Numbered from the stretch's first letter, positions 45,144 to 58,626 are shown. The stretch is DNA of 64,000 nt from Dimorphilus gyrociliatus (GCA_904063045.1 CAJFCJ010000022.1:372001-436000); one strand, 5' to 3'. Translations and numbers: made by a program. The notes: generated from the letters alone by a model not told the origin.

Positions 45144-48100
45144 TCATCTGAAAGGCTTTGGATGTTGAATAGGATTTCGTCGTAAGACGTCATTAGAAGC
45201 TGAATTAGCGTTAGTAGCGCTTGTTAATCTTTCCCATACCTTTTTAGATAATCTCACTTTCGATTTTGGTCTAGAAAACCTTGACAATTTTGTTGATTTC
45301 GTTTTATAATAAGCGTCTAGAGACTCGCTTGTATTCGCTCTTTGTAATATTCTGCTCTCCGATTTGGATCTTGCCATTCCTAACTGATCGCTTGCATTAG
45401 ACATTTCTAGGAAATTTTCCCCTCCGTTCTCGTCAGTTCTCTGATTGAATAATCGTTGCGGAGAAGAATTGGAATTTTGTGTAACGGAATTTATCGACGT
45501 TTCATTATCGTTAGGTAGCCTTCGATAAAGTCGATTTTCCGTTCTAGACCTCGGCAACTTTGTAGCTTTTTCTTTAGCTATCGAGGTCTCTATTTCTAAA
45601 TCGTACAAGTGAGCAGTAACGGGTGACGAAAAAGTCTTATGACTAACATCTCTGTTTAAATGAGTATCACGTGACTTGGAAGTGATGTCATGCTTTAATA
45701 AGGATTCATGCGACTGATCTTTTGAACGATAACGTTGAGCTAGATTTGGAGAACTAACTGGGGGTAGTACAGTTGACGAAGACGGTTTTGAATTTTCAAG
45801 TTTTTTGATTTTGGCCGATTTGGTTTTCTTTTTAGTTTTTTTGGTCGGTTTCGATGGTGGACTATTATCTTCGTTTGGAGCGGAAGTACTATTCTTAGAA
45901 AATAACCCCTTTGCCGCAGCTCTGGCGAGGATGTCTTTGGCAGCTTCCTTAATATCTTCCGCCTAGAATATCGTAAATATGAAGCATAAATAAACGATTA
46001 GAGAAGATGAATATAAGAAAAAAACAAAGTCTACTTTTAAAGAAAAACACTAGTGACGTCTTTTAGACTTGAATAGAATATATATATATATATGTAAACA
46101 CTTGGAAAATATAGACATATTAGTATTCATGTTCAAATTATACACTTGAACATACATTTCATATATAATGTATACGAATTTTATTACCTCTCTGGTTAAA
46201 GTAGCTATAAAGCAGCCCGACATATTTTTTGAAGATGGAAATTTGATAAACTTTCCATGGAGTATATCCTGTTCATCAATCTCTTCGCCTGTAAGAGGAA
46301 GAACAGGTGGAGAAACTCTAAATGGATTCTTCTTTTGTTGAACAGTATTAATAAAATCAATGGCTTTCTTTACAACAGTCTCATTTTCGATTTCTTGATT
46401 CGATCTCGTCAAGTATACAATACCTTGAACTCTTGGAACTATAAATATAATAGATTTAACTTTAAAAATCTGCAATTCTATCAATTCTACGTACATTTCA
46501 AGCATTTTCGTAAATCAGAATTTATTTGCCACATCACTTTTCCTAATCTATCCGGATTTGTATCGCTATTAATAAATTCCTTTAGTAAGAGCATATCTGC
46601 AGGAATTTTTATGATAAGTACTCTATTATTCATATAATTATTTTATTATTGTTTTGTTATCGTTAACCTTCATCTTCAGCAACCAGAAATTCAACCGGAT
46701 TTGCAACAGCAGTTTTAGTGCATTTGGCATTAAACAAAACTAATTTAATATGTTTAAAGCGTATATCATCACCGGCAATAGATTCAAGAGGATCCGTAAT
46801 AAGTTGAATATCTATAGTATAAATGAAAATAATAATTGTAAAAAATTAATAGATAAAGAAATCCGTTAACCATTACTTATTGATAAAAATATGAAAAAAT
46901 CAAAAAAATTGTCTTATGAATCTATAAATCGAGTCAACACCATTGTGGTACATTAAATTAGTCGATAAGGGGCATACATAACTTTTTTATTGTTAACAAT
47001 TAAGTTATTCATTCTATCTTTATAGAAAAGAATAAAGAAGAAGAATAAAGATAGGAGTGTATAGAAGAAGGATATAAATGGAATAACTGTCTCTTCTTCT
47101 ACGTTTGTATTTTAATTTTTATTGTTCTTTGGGAATTGAAGAGCATAATTAAAAAGTTAAATTATTTACATAGTAGAAAAGAAGAAGAAGAAGAAGAATT
47201 AATTATTACTTACTTCTATCAACACCTATTCTTTCAAAGTTTCTTTTTACTTTATCAAGTTTTTCTTCTTTTATAAAAACATAGATTGTATTCTGTATAT
47301 AGAAAGCAAATATCATTTTCGAGTGGAAAGCAAACGAAATTATATCATTTATTATTTAAAATATAATAGGAAATATGTTTTCGGATAAGGGCAAAGAGAG
47401 GAAGACAACTTCTTTTTTCCTCCTATGTTATGTTGCGCAATTGTATGATTACTTAAAATATTTAATAAGGCGAATAAGATAAGTTTTAAGTATATAAAAA
47501 ATATGTTAAACGTAAGTTGATCTTTTCTACGTGACTATTTTAGTAGATCTACATTTAGCTCCTTCCTTCTAAAATCAACACTAATTTGCAAATTCAACAC
47601 AACTATGAAATCTACTATTGATTATACAAAAGAATAAAGGTACCGATATACTTACATTTAATTTACATAAAAGTGACGCTAAGTGTGCGGCGTCTAATCC
47701 AGAATTTGATCCATAAATTAGAATGTCTTCGTCGTCGTTTACCAAGGACTTTACGCTATTTACGGCCAAACAAGATGACTTATCCTGTTGATCAAAAAAA
47801 CTCTCTAGATATGTACAATGTTAAATAGTTTATTAAACGCCGCTTATCAGTGATATCAAAGGCGATAAGACCAATATAAATATTAAATATTTACAACCCT
47901 ACATAACGTTTCTTTCGTCTTTACCTGCATAACTAAACGATTTTCTTTGAACAAAGCGGTTTCTTTCAACTTTTCCCGATCTTCCATACAAAAGGCGATG
48001 ACGTCATCGCAATGACGATCTAGAAAGTATTCGCACTCCTTTATGTTGTTTAAATTCTCAATTGGATCGAAACCGTACAAATGTAAATTCCTTAAAGCCT

Positions 48101-50280
48101 CTTCCTTACTGTTTAGAATGAAAAAAGACGTATTATTTATGGGGTGAACCTGAAGAAATCGATCGTGTTCAATTGTTTTGAATAAAGTATACGAACGTTG
48201 TTTTAAATTCATTAATCCAAGTGTAAAAGTATCGTTGTTTATCGCCCGTATCTCTACAGTTTGCCGGAAGTAGCATTTGTAAATGTTGAACTTGCGCTTT
48301 TATTCTCGATCTAGCCAAAGCGGCGCCTAATTTTGTTCGACATTTTATAATTGCCGATTCAATATCCAATAGATCATCGTCTAAAATTTCATCTTCTATA
48401 GGCGTTCTGGTTTGGAAGCGTCTTTTCTGGAAGTCGTAAATCATAACATAGCATATTGACTCTTGGTCCCGGAACTGCCAATAAATCGTAAACAAATTCT
48501 TACAATCAATTTAATCAGTACGGCAACCTAAAATGTTATTCAACTCACTTCCGGAAACTGAGAAAAGAAAGCCACTTCTTCGGCTAATTCTTGTAATATT
48601 TGTTTATCTGTGTGTAGTGTAATAACAAATAAACAGTGCTAGAGAATATGAATAGCCTAAATATGCTATATCCATATTTAATCTCAGTCTTCGTTACTTC
48701 TTATTTATTACGCAATCTTTATTATTTTTTTAAACGTCTACCTATAGGCTATTTGCTTATTAATTTTGTATTGGGAATTTAATAGAAGATCCCTAATCCT
48801 TATTAATAATAGAAAGACTTATGAACTGTATATGAATTTCAGACACAAAAAAAGAAGAAAAGAGAGGAGGGGAATGGAATAAGCCTGAGAGAATGAAAAC
48901 TTTAATAGATCATTGGGTCAACAGTAGGGGTGTTGAAAATATATAGAATAAAAAATCCGCTTGTATAACAGTCTTTCTTTCTTTCTCCCTCTCTCTCTCT
49001 CTCTCTCGCTCTCCAAACGTAACAATTTTTACGTGTATATACATAAAAGCAAAATAAAAAAAAGAGAACATTTATAAATATTTCTTTATCACTAATCAAT
49101 AGGCCTACAGAAAAAAATTGGGATTGTGTTGTTTTTTTTTTCTAACTGTTTTCATGTTCGGCTAGTAGGACAGAGGCTAGTTTTTTTTATGTGACTATGT
49201 AACTAGCACCTAAGTCATATTTGTTAAAGTTTATCGTTCATTTGCTTTTTTGTATGAAAGAGAAAAGAGAATAAATATCCCATCAAAAATGAGATAGAAA
49301 ATAACGATATATTGGATAAATAAGGTAGAAAGATATTAGAAAGTTTAATGATTTACCCTAAAAGCATTCTTTAAGAAAGTTGGCTAAAAAGTTAAATAAC
49401 AGCAATAAAAGATGACAATCACTCGAGCGGAAGTACCGTAAGTAATATACCATAAAATTAGTGTTCAAAAGCCATAAGCTATGTAGCCTTTTAACAATGT
49501 ATGATTATTGATTATTGAAGAGATTAATTTTTATAATCTCTCTTTTTACCTCCTCTCTTTACGGAATGAAATGTATAATAGACAGAGGAAGAAATGATTA
49601 TGGGAAAGAGACAGAGACGAAGACGGAGAAAAGTTGTTAAAAATTTCGCAAAGAAGAGTACTTTACATAGTATATGGAATGTAAAAAACAAGAATAAAAA
49701 TGAAAGAGAATATAAGTGGATCTGTGTACAATTCATGAGTAGATCCTCTATGAAATATTCTATTGTTCTGTTTCAAACCGTTCATAAACTTATCAGAGCG
49801 GAAGGTTTATACTAATAAAAAGTTAATTCCTTACTAATTAATACTCGGATTACAATCATCTGAATAAGATTATTATGCAGTGGCAAATTCGATTTTTTTT
49901 CCTCTCTTCAAAAATAACCATATTTAAATATTGTGAAGAGAGAGATAATTAGCAGGAATGAAACAAGCATACGGAAAAGTATGCAAACAGGCAAAAAACG
50001 AACAATCAGTTTACTTACATATTAAAGTATCGTAGGCCAATTGGAATGTTAGTCTCATTTCATTTTCATTCTCAAAATTTATCTCCTCCGTTGAATTTGC
50101 CGAATTCTCTTCTCTTAGCTTTTCAAATACTCTCGATGATTTCTTGTAAATTTCATGAGAATAAATTGTTGGCTCTTTAGAAAAAAATTCCTTAACTAGC
50201 CTATCGTTTCTATAGCCTTGTGACTTTATTAAATTATCTTCATTATCCTTGGAATTCATGACAGTCGGTTCAGGTGGCAT
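45144..50280 (-). CDS. NSUN7: NOL1/NOP2/Sun-domain family member 7 (NSUN7-like), about 768 aa
   Basis: Ten phase-consistent exons: 50280-50019, 48607-48549, 48474-48197, 48108-47925, 47784-47656, 47292-47214, 46811-46668, 46596-46495, 46438-46188 and 45962-45144. NSUN7-type motifs YDFQKRRFQTR, KLGAALARSRIK, SCLAVNSVKSL, NPVEFL, ENETVVKKA, SPPVLPL, GCFIATLTRE and DILARAAAKGL. Confidence 0.93.
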
Positions 50281-50796
50281 AATCTAAATTGAAGAGAAGA
50301 ATAACTGGCTTCGAAACGATCCCTATATGAAACGACTCATTAATAATCGCAAAGTCTTTTGTGCTCCGCTCTTGTTGGTCGATACAAGAGCCAATCAAGC
50401 TTTGGCCTGTTAGGCCTATCGATAAGGCTTATCCCAAGATTGTTTTTCAGAGCAATGTCAATTGATGGGAATTCAGTCATAGAAGAATTTTGACAGAGTG
50501 TTTTAATATACTTCAAATTTTAAATATCAATTAAAATCTTTCCTATTCAATCTTTGCTTAACTATTGTTAAAGGGATAAAAATTTAGATCGCCAATTGCC
50601 GACCGATACAACAAAAGCATAAAATAATTCCAGTAGATGGCGTTGTAATTTTAGTTTATACATTGAAGGATAAAAGCAAAAATATTCTGAATATCATCGT
50701 TTGATTAGAAGATAAAGAAATTACATAGGAAACGTATTAAAAACAAGCAAGAAAACAAGAAATATCTGATAAAAGATGTTTAATATTTCATTTTTA

Positions 50797-51598
50797 TTAA
50801 AGATTCAACATATCAATAGTCCTTTCTCTCATCTTGTACTTTTGAATTTTTCCCGTTACAGTCATGGGAAATTCATCTACGAAAATGATATATTTCGGTA
50901 TTTTAAAGTGAGCGATTTTCCCTTTACAAAACTCTTTAATATCTTCTTCAGTTGATTTTTCGCCACTCTTTAACTTTATCCATGCGCATATCTCTTCGCC
51001 AAGCCTTTCGTCGGGCAAACCGATTACTTGAGCGTCTTCAATCTTGTCATTTTCGTATAAAAATTGTTCAATTTCTACTGGGTAAATATTCTCTCCACCT
51101 CTTATAAGCATATCCTTTTTTCTACCTTCAATTACAGCGTAACCATTTTCGTCCAGGGAAACCAAGTCACTTTATAAATAAACAAGATTATTTCAATAAT
51201 AACTATCAACTTATCTTTTCTTATCGAAAAGGTCATTTACCCTGTTTTATACCATCTATCGTGACCGATGGCTTCTGCCGTTTTAGCCTCATCTTCCCAA
51301 TAATTTAGCATTGTTGCGTGCCCTCTCGTGTACAATTCACCCACAACGCCCGTAGGTACTATTTTCCCCTCGTCATCAACAACCTTTACCTATGAACACC
51401 TAATAAATTAGATACACCATAGTACACAAGTGATACCATCAGTAACCTCAATATGATCTAGAGGTACACCGATCGTCTTAACTCTTAAATCGAAGTCATC
51501 ATCCATTCTCGTTTGAAAGGTTACTGGTGAAGTTTCGGTAGTTCCGTAGCAAATCTATTCAAACATAATTAATCCATAAAGCCTTTTAATCCCTAAAG

Positions 51599-51632
<34 letters not shown>

Positions 51633-53541
51633 CTAATATTTATGAATTATTATAAAAAGAGGCACACTATCGTTAGACAACTAACTGTAATATTCTTCAT
51701 ACACATTTTACTTATGCACTTTTTCATTATTTCAGTTGGGCAAGTTGATCCAGCCATAATACCTTAATTTCAATAGAAAGTTTGTTCTTTTTAATATTAT
51801 TATTACTTATACTGTCCATAGAAATCGAAATGAAAAAATAACCAACCGGTATATAAGGATGACAGGTCGTATTTACCAAAATCCGGATGATTTTGCATAT
51901 CAATAAACATTGTAGGTGTTCCATATAAACTCGTTGCTCTATAAAGGTCATAATATAATTTATTCCTTATACAACTATGGTATATGTATGTATTGTTGAT
52001 AATTTGATTTACTTTTCTTTGACAACTGCCTCTAGTGCGGCTTTTGGTTCAAAAGATGGAGATGGCAAAATGGTTGTTGCGCCGTGTGTAACATTCATTA
52101 AACTTCCAAGAACCATCCCGAAACAATGGTATAATGGAACAGGTATAACTATTCTTGCAGGCTTATAGTATTTATAGTTAAAATTCAAAATTAATTAGAA
52201 AGAAGTCATTAAGTTCAATACATACGTTGACGTCATATCCGCACCTGTAGCCAACCAAATTTGAATTGTTAACGATATTATGGTGAGAAAGAGTAGCTCC
52301 TTTAGGAGAACCTGTAGTTCCCTTTTTAATTGGAGAGATAAGAGTAAAACAAGATTAAACTATGATTTTATAAAGAAAAGTAGAAAGAGCAATATGCTGC
52401 ATGTAAAAAGCAGAGAAATAGTATAACTTATACTTACAGATGTGAATTGAATATTAATCGGTTCGTCAAATTGTAAAGTGGACTTTATCTGATCTAGAAT
52501 TCCTTTATGGCTTTGATCACCGGCGTCCATAATTTCGGAGAATGTAAATGATCCACTGTTATTAATCGATTATTAATCCCTTTGATATTATATTGAAATA
52601 GTATTTTTAAGTGGAAATCTTACGGATATTGTTTGTCGGAAATCATAATTAAACTTTGAAATTCTGGAAGACTATATATGAAAAAATAAACAATAACATA
52701 TACATATTCATTAATTCGTAGTTAACCTTTGATTTTTGATATTGCCAGGTTTACAGTTGTTCAATTCTGGACATACTTTTTCCAACATGCTAAAATAATC
52801 TTGAGTTTTAAACTGTTCCGCTGATATAAGTGCCTTTATTCCGACTTTTTGCATAGCGTATTGTAGTTCACCAACTTGATATGCTGGATTTATATTGACT
52901 AGCATCATTCCAGCTCTTGCGGTCGCGTATTGGGCAAGTACCCATTCCTTTTTATTTGGACTCCAAATACCAACACGATCGCCTTTTCTTACTCCAATAG
53001 ATATTAATCCCATGGCGAGTCTATCGGCCTGTTATTGTTTTTTAAGGTAAAAAGATATATTTTATTAACTGCACTCTTGGTGTTGGCTGTTGATAAAGTC
53101 TATTATAATTCTTCTATATATTTAATTTTACCTGCTGTAGTAGTTGTTCGAAAGTCAATCGGGCATTTTCCTTGGAGACTATTACGGCTTCTTTATCCGG
53201 ATGCATTTCCGCTCTTTCCTCCAATAATTGACCGATAGTTTTTCCAAGTAGACGTTTAGTCGAACTACCATGACTATAGCTAAAACCATCTTTCTCTTGC
53301 CTTTAGTGAAATTATACGAAGAGAATATAAATGGGGTCATGACAAAATTCTTAACAATGTAGCTCTCTAGCGAGGAGGAAAGAGAAATATAACTAAAATA
53401 CCTGGTAGAAAAACTGCAACTTGAAAATACGGAGATGGGAGTCTTTTCCCCAAATAGTAAACCTTTGAATACGAGTCGATTACGACTATTATTGCATTTT
53501 AAGATGTTTTTAAATGTTTCTCTATAAGCGTATTGATTCAT
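50797..53541 (-). CDS. ACSF2: Medium-chain acyl-CoA ligase ACSF2-like, probably mitochondrial, 606 aa
   Basis: Twelve phase-consistent exons: 53541-53402, 53300-53132, 53028-52727, 52671-52624, 52555-52438, 52321-52226, 52161-52013, 51938-51847, 51762-51686, 51554-51447, 51389-51241 and 51169-50797. AMP-binding motif [12 protein letters not shown], plus [30 protein letters not shown] and TVTGKIQK. The basic, Ser-rich N-terminus resembles a presequence. Confidence 0.96.
51599..51631. repeat. Compound (TA)n(GA)n microsatellite in ACSF2 intron
   Basis: TA run directly followed by a GA run. Confidence 0.85.
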
Positions 53542-55339
53542 TTTTGATTATCTTCCTTCTTGTTTATCTTTCTCCTTACTCGTCTATGTATATTGATAGG
53601 TCAAAAGATTCTTTGGTATCAATAAGTGTAGTATCTATTCTTTTGCAAAGAGAGAGAAAAGAAAAGAAATCATGATAAGAATAACATTAATAATAGAATA
53701 ACAATGTATACTCTTTCCAAAATTAACCAGGCCAGTCCTCACTGTTTTATATGATTTTTGCGCCATCTGTTTCGAATTAACTCGTAGTGATCGAAGCTAT
53801 GTTAATCATTTTTATATTTGATAATAAAGCAGCTTTCTTATCAGTATAACTAAAATTTTGTTCAACAGCCATACTATACTCCCAGCCCTCGATTTGTATT
53901 CTTTCAACCGTATATTTACTATTCTTGATCAATATTAGTAATAAAAAACTACATGTTGTTGGATTTTGTTGAATACATCTATATGATTATATACTATATG
54001 CATGTAGATGTAGATGGCGTTGGTAATGACCTTGAGCTAAAAAAAAGTTCCATTAAAGTTCAATCATAACTACTGAAGGGGGAAGAGAAGAAGAGGTTCT
54101 GTGAAAAGAACTAAAAATATAATTATTACGTATAACAAATTAGGAAATTAATTAAATGTCCTTTTCTTTCACTAAAGCAAAAACATTAATTAATAAATGA
54201 ATGAATGAATGAAACATTTTTTTTAAAAAAAAAAAGACTTTACTGTTTTCTTTATTAGAAGTGAAAAATTTGACAATGAAAGAAAACAAATCATTTATAA
54301 TTAAGCAGAAAATATCAATTGATTAAAGCATTAAAATTGTTTGAGATAATGACAGTGATAATAGGAAGTGAGTGAGGTGATTAGAATAATCCTCTAGTTA
54401 AAGATGGCGCTTCTTCTGTCCATTTTTTAAGCATCGCCTCGCCAAATCATCTACTGCAGTACATCTCCAACTTTAAAGAGGACTAACTGAGGTTTTTTTT
54501 TATTACTTTTTGCAGGTATACTAGGAAATATATTTATATTTCTCTTATTATTGACTTTTCATACTTTTACCGTACAAAATTTATTCCTTCTGTTAGATAT
54601 ACATTAATATATAAATAGATAGTTAAAATCTAATAAATTAGCTATTAATTCAAAGAAAAAACAACAATCTTCCAAGATATATAAAACATGCTATTCTTCG
54701 TAGAATGAGGAATAATCAGCTACGTTATTTCCGTTCTAGAGTATAAAATAGAATATATTATTACTGTATACAAATTTATATATATTGTATATATGTATAT
54801 CTATACATGTAATATAATAAGATTCATCTTTAAAGATAAATAATCCCATTAAACAAACTATTTAAATAAGAAAAAAGTGAAAAGTTCCACTTTTTTGGTA
54901 AACTTAAGTCTTGTTTGAAACATCAAAGAAATTTCTTAATTAGAGATATGCAGCTGTACGCAGACATCACGTTCCAAGTGTAATTTGCTGCATTTAGTTC
55001 ATTAGTAACTTCCTATAAAATTAATCATTCTAAAATACGTAAGAACCTTGTTCACTAGAAAAGTTTTACAGTTGTTGTTTATTTCGACCTAGAGTCATTT
55101 GATTTATCATCTACAAATAGCATATAAAAGATATATAAAGTCATCTTTTAAATGCTTACGACATTTACAGATGATCTTGTTTGTCTTTTGAAGAAATTGT
55201 ACTAAATCTGTTTATTAGTGTTAGATTACTCGATACAAATGCAATAATAGACTTCAGTACCTTATCTACCTAATTGCTTCCTTTACATCTAATATTCTTG
55301 CACCTGATTGCAGTAATTTTTACTTTCTTGGTCTACGTA

Positions 55340-56039
55340 ATGGCGGAACTAAATACTGTTGGTGATACTGAGAATGAAGATAAGAAATCTTTACAAATTT
55401 TTACTGTTGAGGAATTAAGGAAATATGATGGAACTAATGACAAAAAGCTTATATATATTGCCCTTGTTGGCGATGTATTCGATGTAACTTCCGGTGAAAA
55501 ATTTTATGGACAAGGTAATTTCATTAATTATAGTTTTCATCTTGTATTTCTCTCTTTTTTTTCATTTGCGTGTGTCATGTTTTTTACTTTCTCTCTCTCT
55601 CTCTTTCTCCCTGTACGCACATCTCTGTCCATCCACCAATCTATTTAATTACTCAGGAGCACCGTACTGTATGTTTGCTGGTCGAGATGCTACAAAAGGT
55701 CTGGGTACTTTCAAGTTGAAAAATTTAGACGATGACGATTGGTCAGATCTAAGCGAAAAACATATGGAAAATGCTCAAAGGTGGCACTCTCAATTTAAAG
55801 GTAAGTCATTTACAGAGTCTGCAAACGAAAGCATGTGTTTATTGCATTTCCTATTTGCAGTAAAATATCCAATAATAGGAACACTAAAACGAGATTTTAA
55901 AAAGAAAACGCTTAATAATAACGATGAATTAAAATCGGAAGAAAAAATTCAAGAATCAAAGAAGAATACGGCGAATAGAGGAGGTCGTCCTGCTACTCCA
56001 ATGCCTAAAAAAGAATCTCGCTTCTGTTTAATATTATAA
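55340..56039 (+). CDS. PGRMC1: Membrane-associated progesterone receptor (MAPR; PGRMC-like) cytochrome b5-like heme/steroid-binding protein; start uncertain
   Basis: Exons 55340-55514, 55657-55800 and 55861-56039. Motifs FTVEELRKYDG, VFDVTSGEKFYG, PYCMFAGRDATKGLGTF and WHSQFKVKYPIIG. A splice acceptor at 55312 lies upstream of the ATG, so an unseen upstream coding exon is possible. PGRMC1 versus PGRMC2 orthology is not resolved. Confidence 0.85.
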
Positions 56040-56517
56040 TGAAAATAAATAACTAGTTCTTTAATTAATAAAGTCAGATACATAGTATAAAATGTTAATC
56101 TTCTTCTCATTTAAAGGTAGGATATAGCCTATCCTCCCTAATAAAGAGACTAAACAGTTTGTTATTCATCAGTTTTTCGTTGTTAAATAACAATAACAAT
56201 AATACAAATCTGGTTCTATGTTGTTATATTAATGAGAAAAGTGTTTTCACTTCAAACAACATTATTTACAAACATCTTGAATTGATTTATGAATTACCTA
56301 TTTATTAATTTATTCTCATGTTTTGTAACATTATCTTTAACTTATAAATAGTGATTAGGTTTAAATATTTCAATTGTTTATATTTTTCAATATTTTCTTC
56401 ATTTCCTTTGTTTGAACTCTTAAAACAGATTTTCTGTATTGCACCCTACGCAAGAGTTATTTAAAATTCCGATAGATGTCTCTTTCGTCTAAATATTGAG
56501 AATAATCAATTTCACAA

Positions 56518-58626
56518 ATGCAGGCGTCGTCTGATCAGACTGTTGGTGTTGACGACGCCCTCAGGGCTATAAAACCCAGAGGAAGATGGCAGGTATCGAC
56601 TTTTGGGGCTTTTTGCATTGGTTTCGGACTTCCAATTGCGTTTTTGCAAATGTCAATTGTGTTTATAGGTAAATTTGTATAGTTTTCAATAATAACGCAG
56701 CTCTTTATGTTATATTTTAAAAGAGAAAATACAAAGCCAGTATATAGGCTGTAATATTTTATTTACCTTTTACTTATTTACAAAATCTAGCTGATATTCC
56801 ATCTCATCACTGCAAAATACCAGAAAATGTTAGCTTATACAATGCAGTGCCTATTGATCGGAATGGTGAGAATTGGAATTTGTCATCATGCTATCAATAC
56901 GTGAATTTTTCCCGCTCTACAAACAAAACTGAAAAGTGCACGAGTGGCTATGAATACGATCGTACTTATCAGTCAACTATAGCAACCGAAGTAAGTAAGC
57001 AAATTTGAACAAATCCTCATCTATTATACTGGTACAAATGTTATCTGAAATAATCAATGTTTGTCAATAACCTTGAAATAAAAAGTTTCTATTTATTCCT
57101 TCAGTGGAATTTAGTATGCGGGAAGGAGCCGCTTGTCGAGCTTGCGATGACTATTATTCCAATAGGACAATTAGTTGGTAGTTATCTCTTATCCAGAGTA
57201 TCCGATTTATATGGAAGACGACCAGTATTTCTATTCTCACTCTTCTGCCTTGTCAGCCTTGGAATGTTACAAGCAATTGTACCTACCTACTTGGGATTCA
57301 TGATCGTTGGCTTCTTCGAAGGTTTTCTTGCCGCCGTAAGAAAGCATACTTATTCTGTTTATAATCCTCACTATAATTAATAAATTTCCATTCAATAGGG
57401 TTTAGGTTCTACCGTTCTCATCCTCTGTCTAGAGCTATTTCCTCCAGAGCATCGCTCTTTAGCAGGCGCTATTCTCAATTATTTTTGGACAGTTGGTTAT
57501 ATTCTCATAACGCCGGTGGCTTATTACATTAGAAATTGGCGAACCTTTAAATTAGCAATCAATGCACCGATGGTTTTGTGTATATCTTTTTATTGGATTA
57601 TACCAGAATCTTTAAATTGGCTTATCGTAAATGGAAGAGTTAGAGAAGCGCAAGCAATAATTGATAAAGGGGCACGTATAAACAAAGTTAAAAGTCCCAA
57701 ATTAAGCAAGCTGAAAAATACTCCACCAGAACCTCCATTAGCATTTCGCCAGAGATTCTTTTACGAATGGCACAAATTAAGAAAGATATTTAGCATTAGG
57801 AAACCTAATAGCAGAGGTGAGAGGCCTACCTATAATTTGTCTGATATTTGGAGATCGAAAACACTTAGAAGAAATACACTAGCAATGTGTTGGTTATGGA
57901 TAACGAATAATTTTACGTACAGCTCCCTAAGTTTAACTGTTACTTTCCTAAAAGGAAACAGATACTTGAACTTTTTTATATATGCTATTTTAGAAGTACC
58001 TGCTTGTTTGTTAGCTCATTTTTGCCTGGTTAAGATTGGCAGAAGAATGCCAATGATGGTTTTCCACGTTATTTGCGCTTTATCCTTAATAATATCAGCG
58101 ATTTGTGATGGAAGCGGAGTCGATAGCCTCGCCTCAACAATAATTAAGTATTGCGCCAAACTATCAATCTCAACAACCTATAACATAGTCTTTGTTATGG
58201 TTCCTGAAATTTATCCTACAAATATTCGTAGTCTCGGAACGGGAATTTGCTTGCTGGCAGGCAGATTGGTGGGTCATATGGCTCCATTTGCAAGAACATG
58301 GGTAAGATATTATTGTTGTTCTTTTGTTTATTCACTCTTCACTTATGTTTCCAACATTCCAGGAGAGGAACAATCCAATAGGTCCTGCCTTATTGTGCGG
58401 ATTTCTAAACCTTGCAGCCAGCGGAGCTTGCTGGATATTACCAGAAACTCTCAACAAACCCTTACCAGACACTATTGAAGAACTTGAAACTCAGAGCATA
58501 CGAAGGATTTTTATGAGAAATAAAAAGAAGACAAACGACAAAACAGTATTAATCAATTCGAGTGACGGAGATGAAATCAACGATTCAATGTCGGAAGGCG
58601 TCTTTTTCTTAAATCCTAAGTTCTAG
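56518..58626 (+). CDS. SLC22 organic cation/anion transporter (MFS), 582 aa
   Basis: Exons 56518-56668, 56791-56990, 57105-57335, 57399-58301 and 58363-58626. Motifs HHC...C...C...TIATEWNLVC, SDLYGRRP, PESLNWL, IGRR, EIYPTNIRS and LPETLNKPLPDTIEE. Confidence 0.95.

Noticed and set aside
55274-55312. TTG-initiated hydrophobic N-terminal extension of the MAPR ORF
   Set aside because: This is the polypyrimidine tract and branch point of an intron; the hydrophobic translation is a T-richness artefact, and an in-frame TAA lies immediately upstream.
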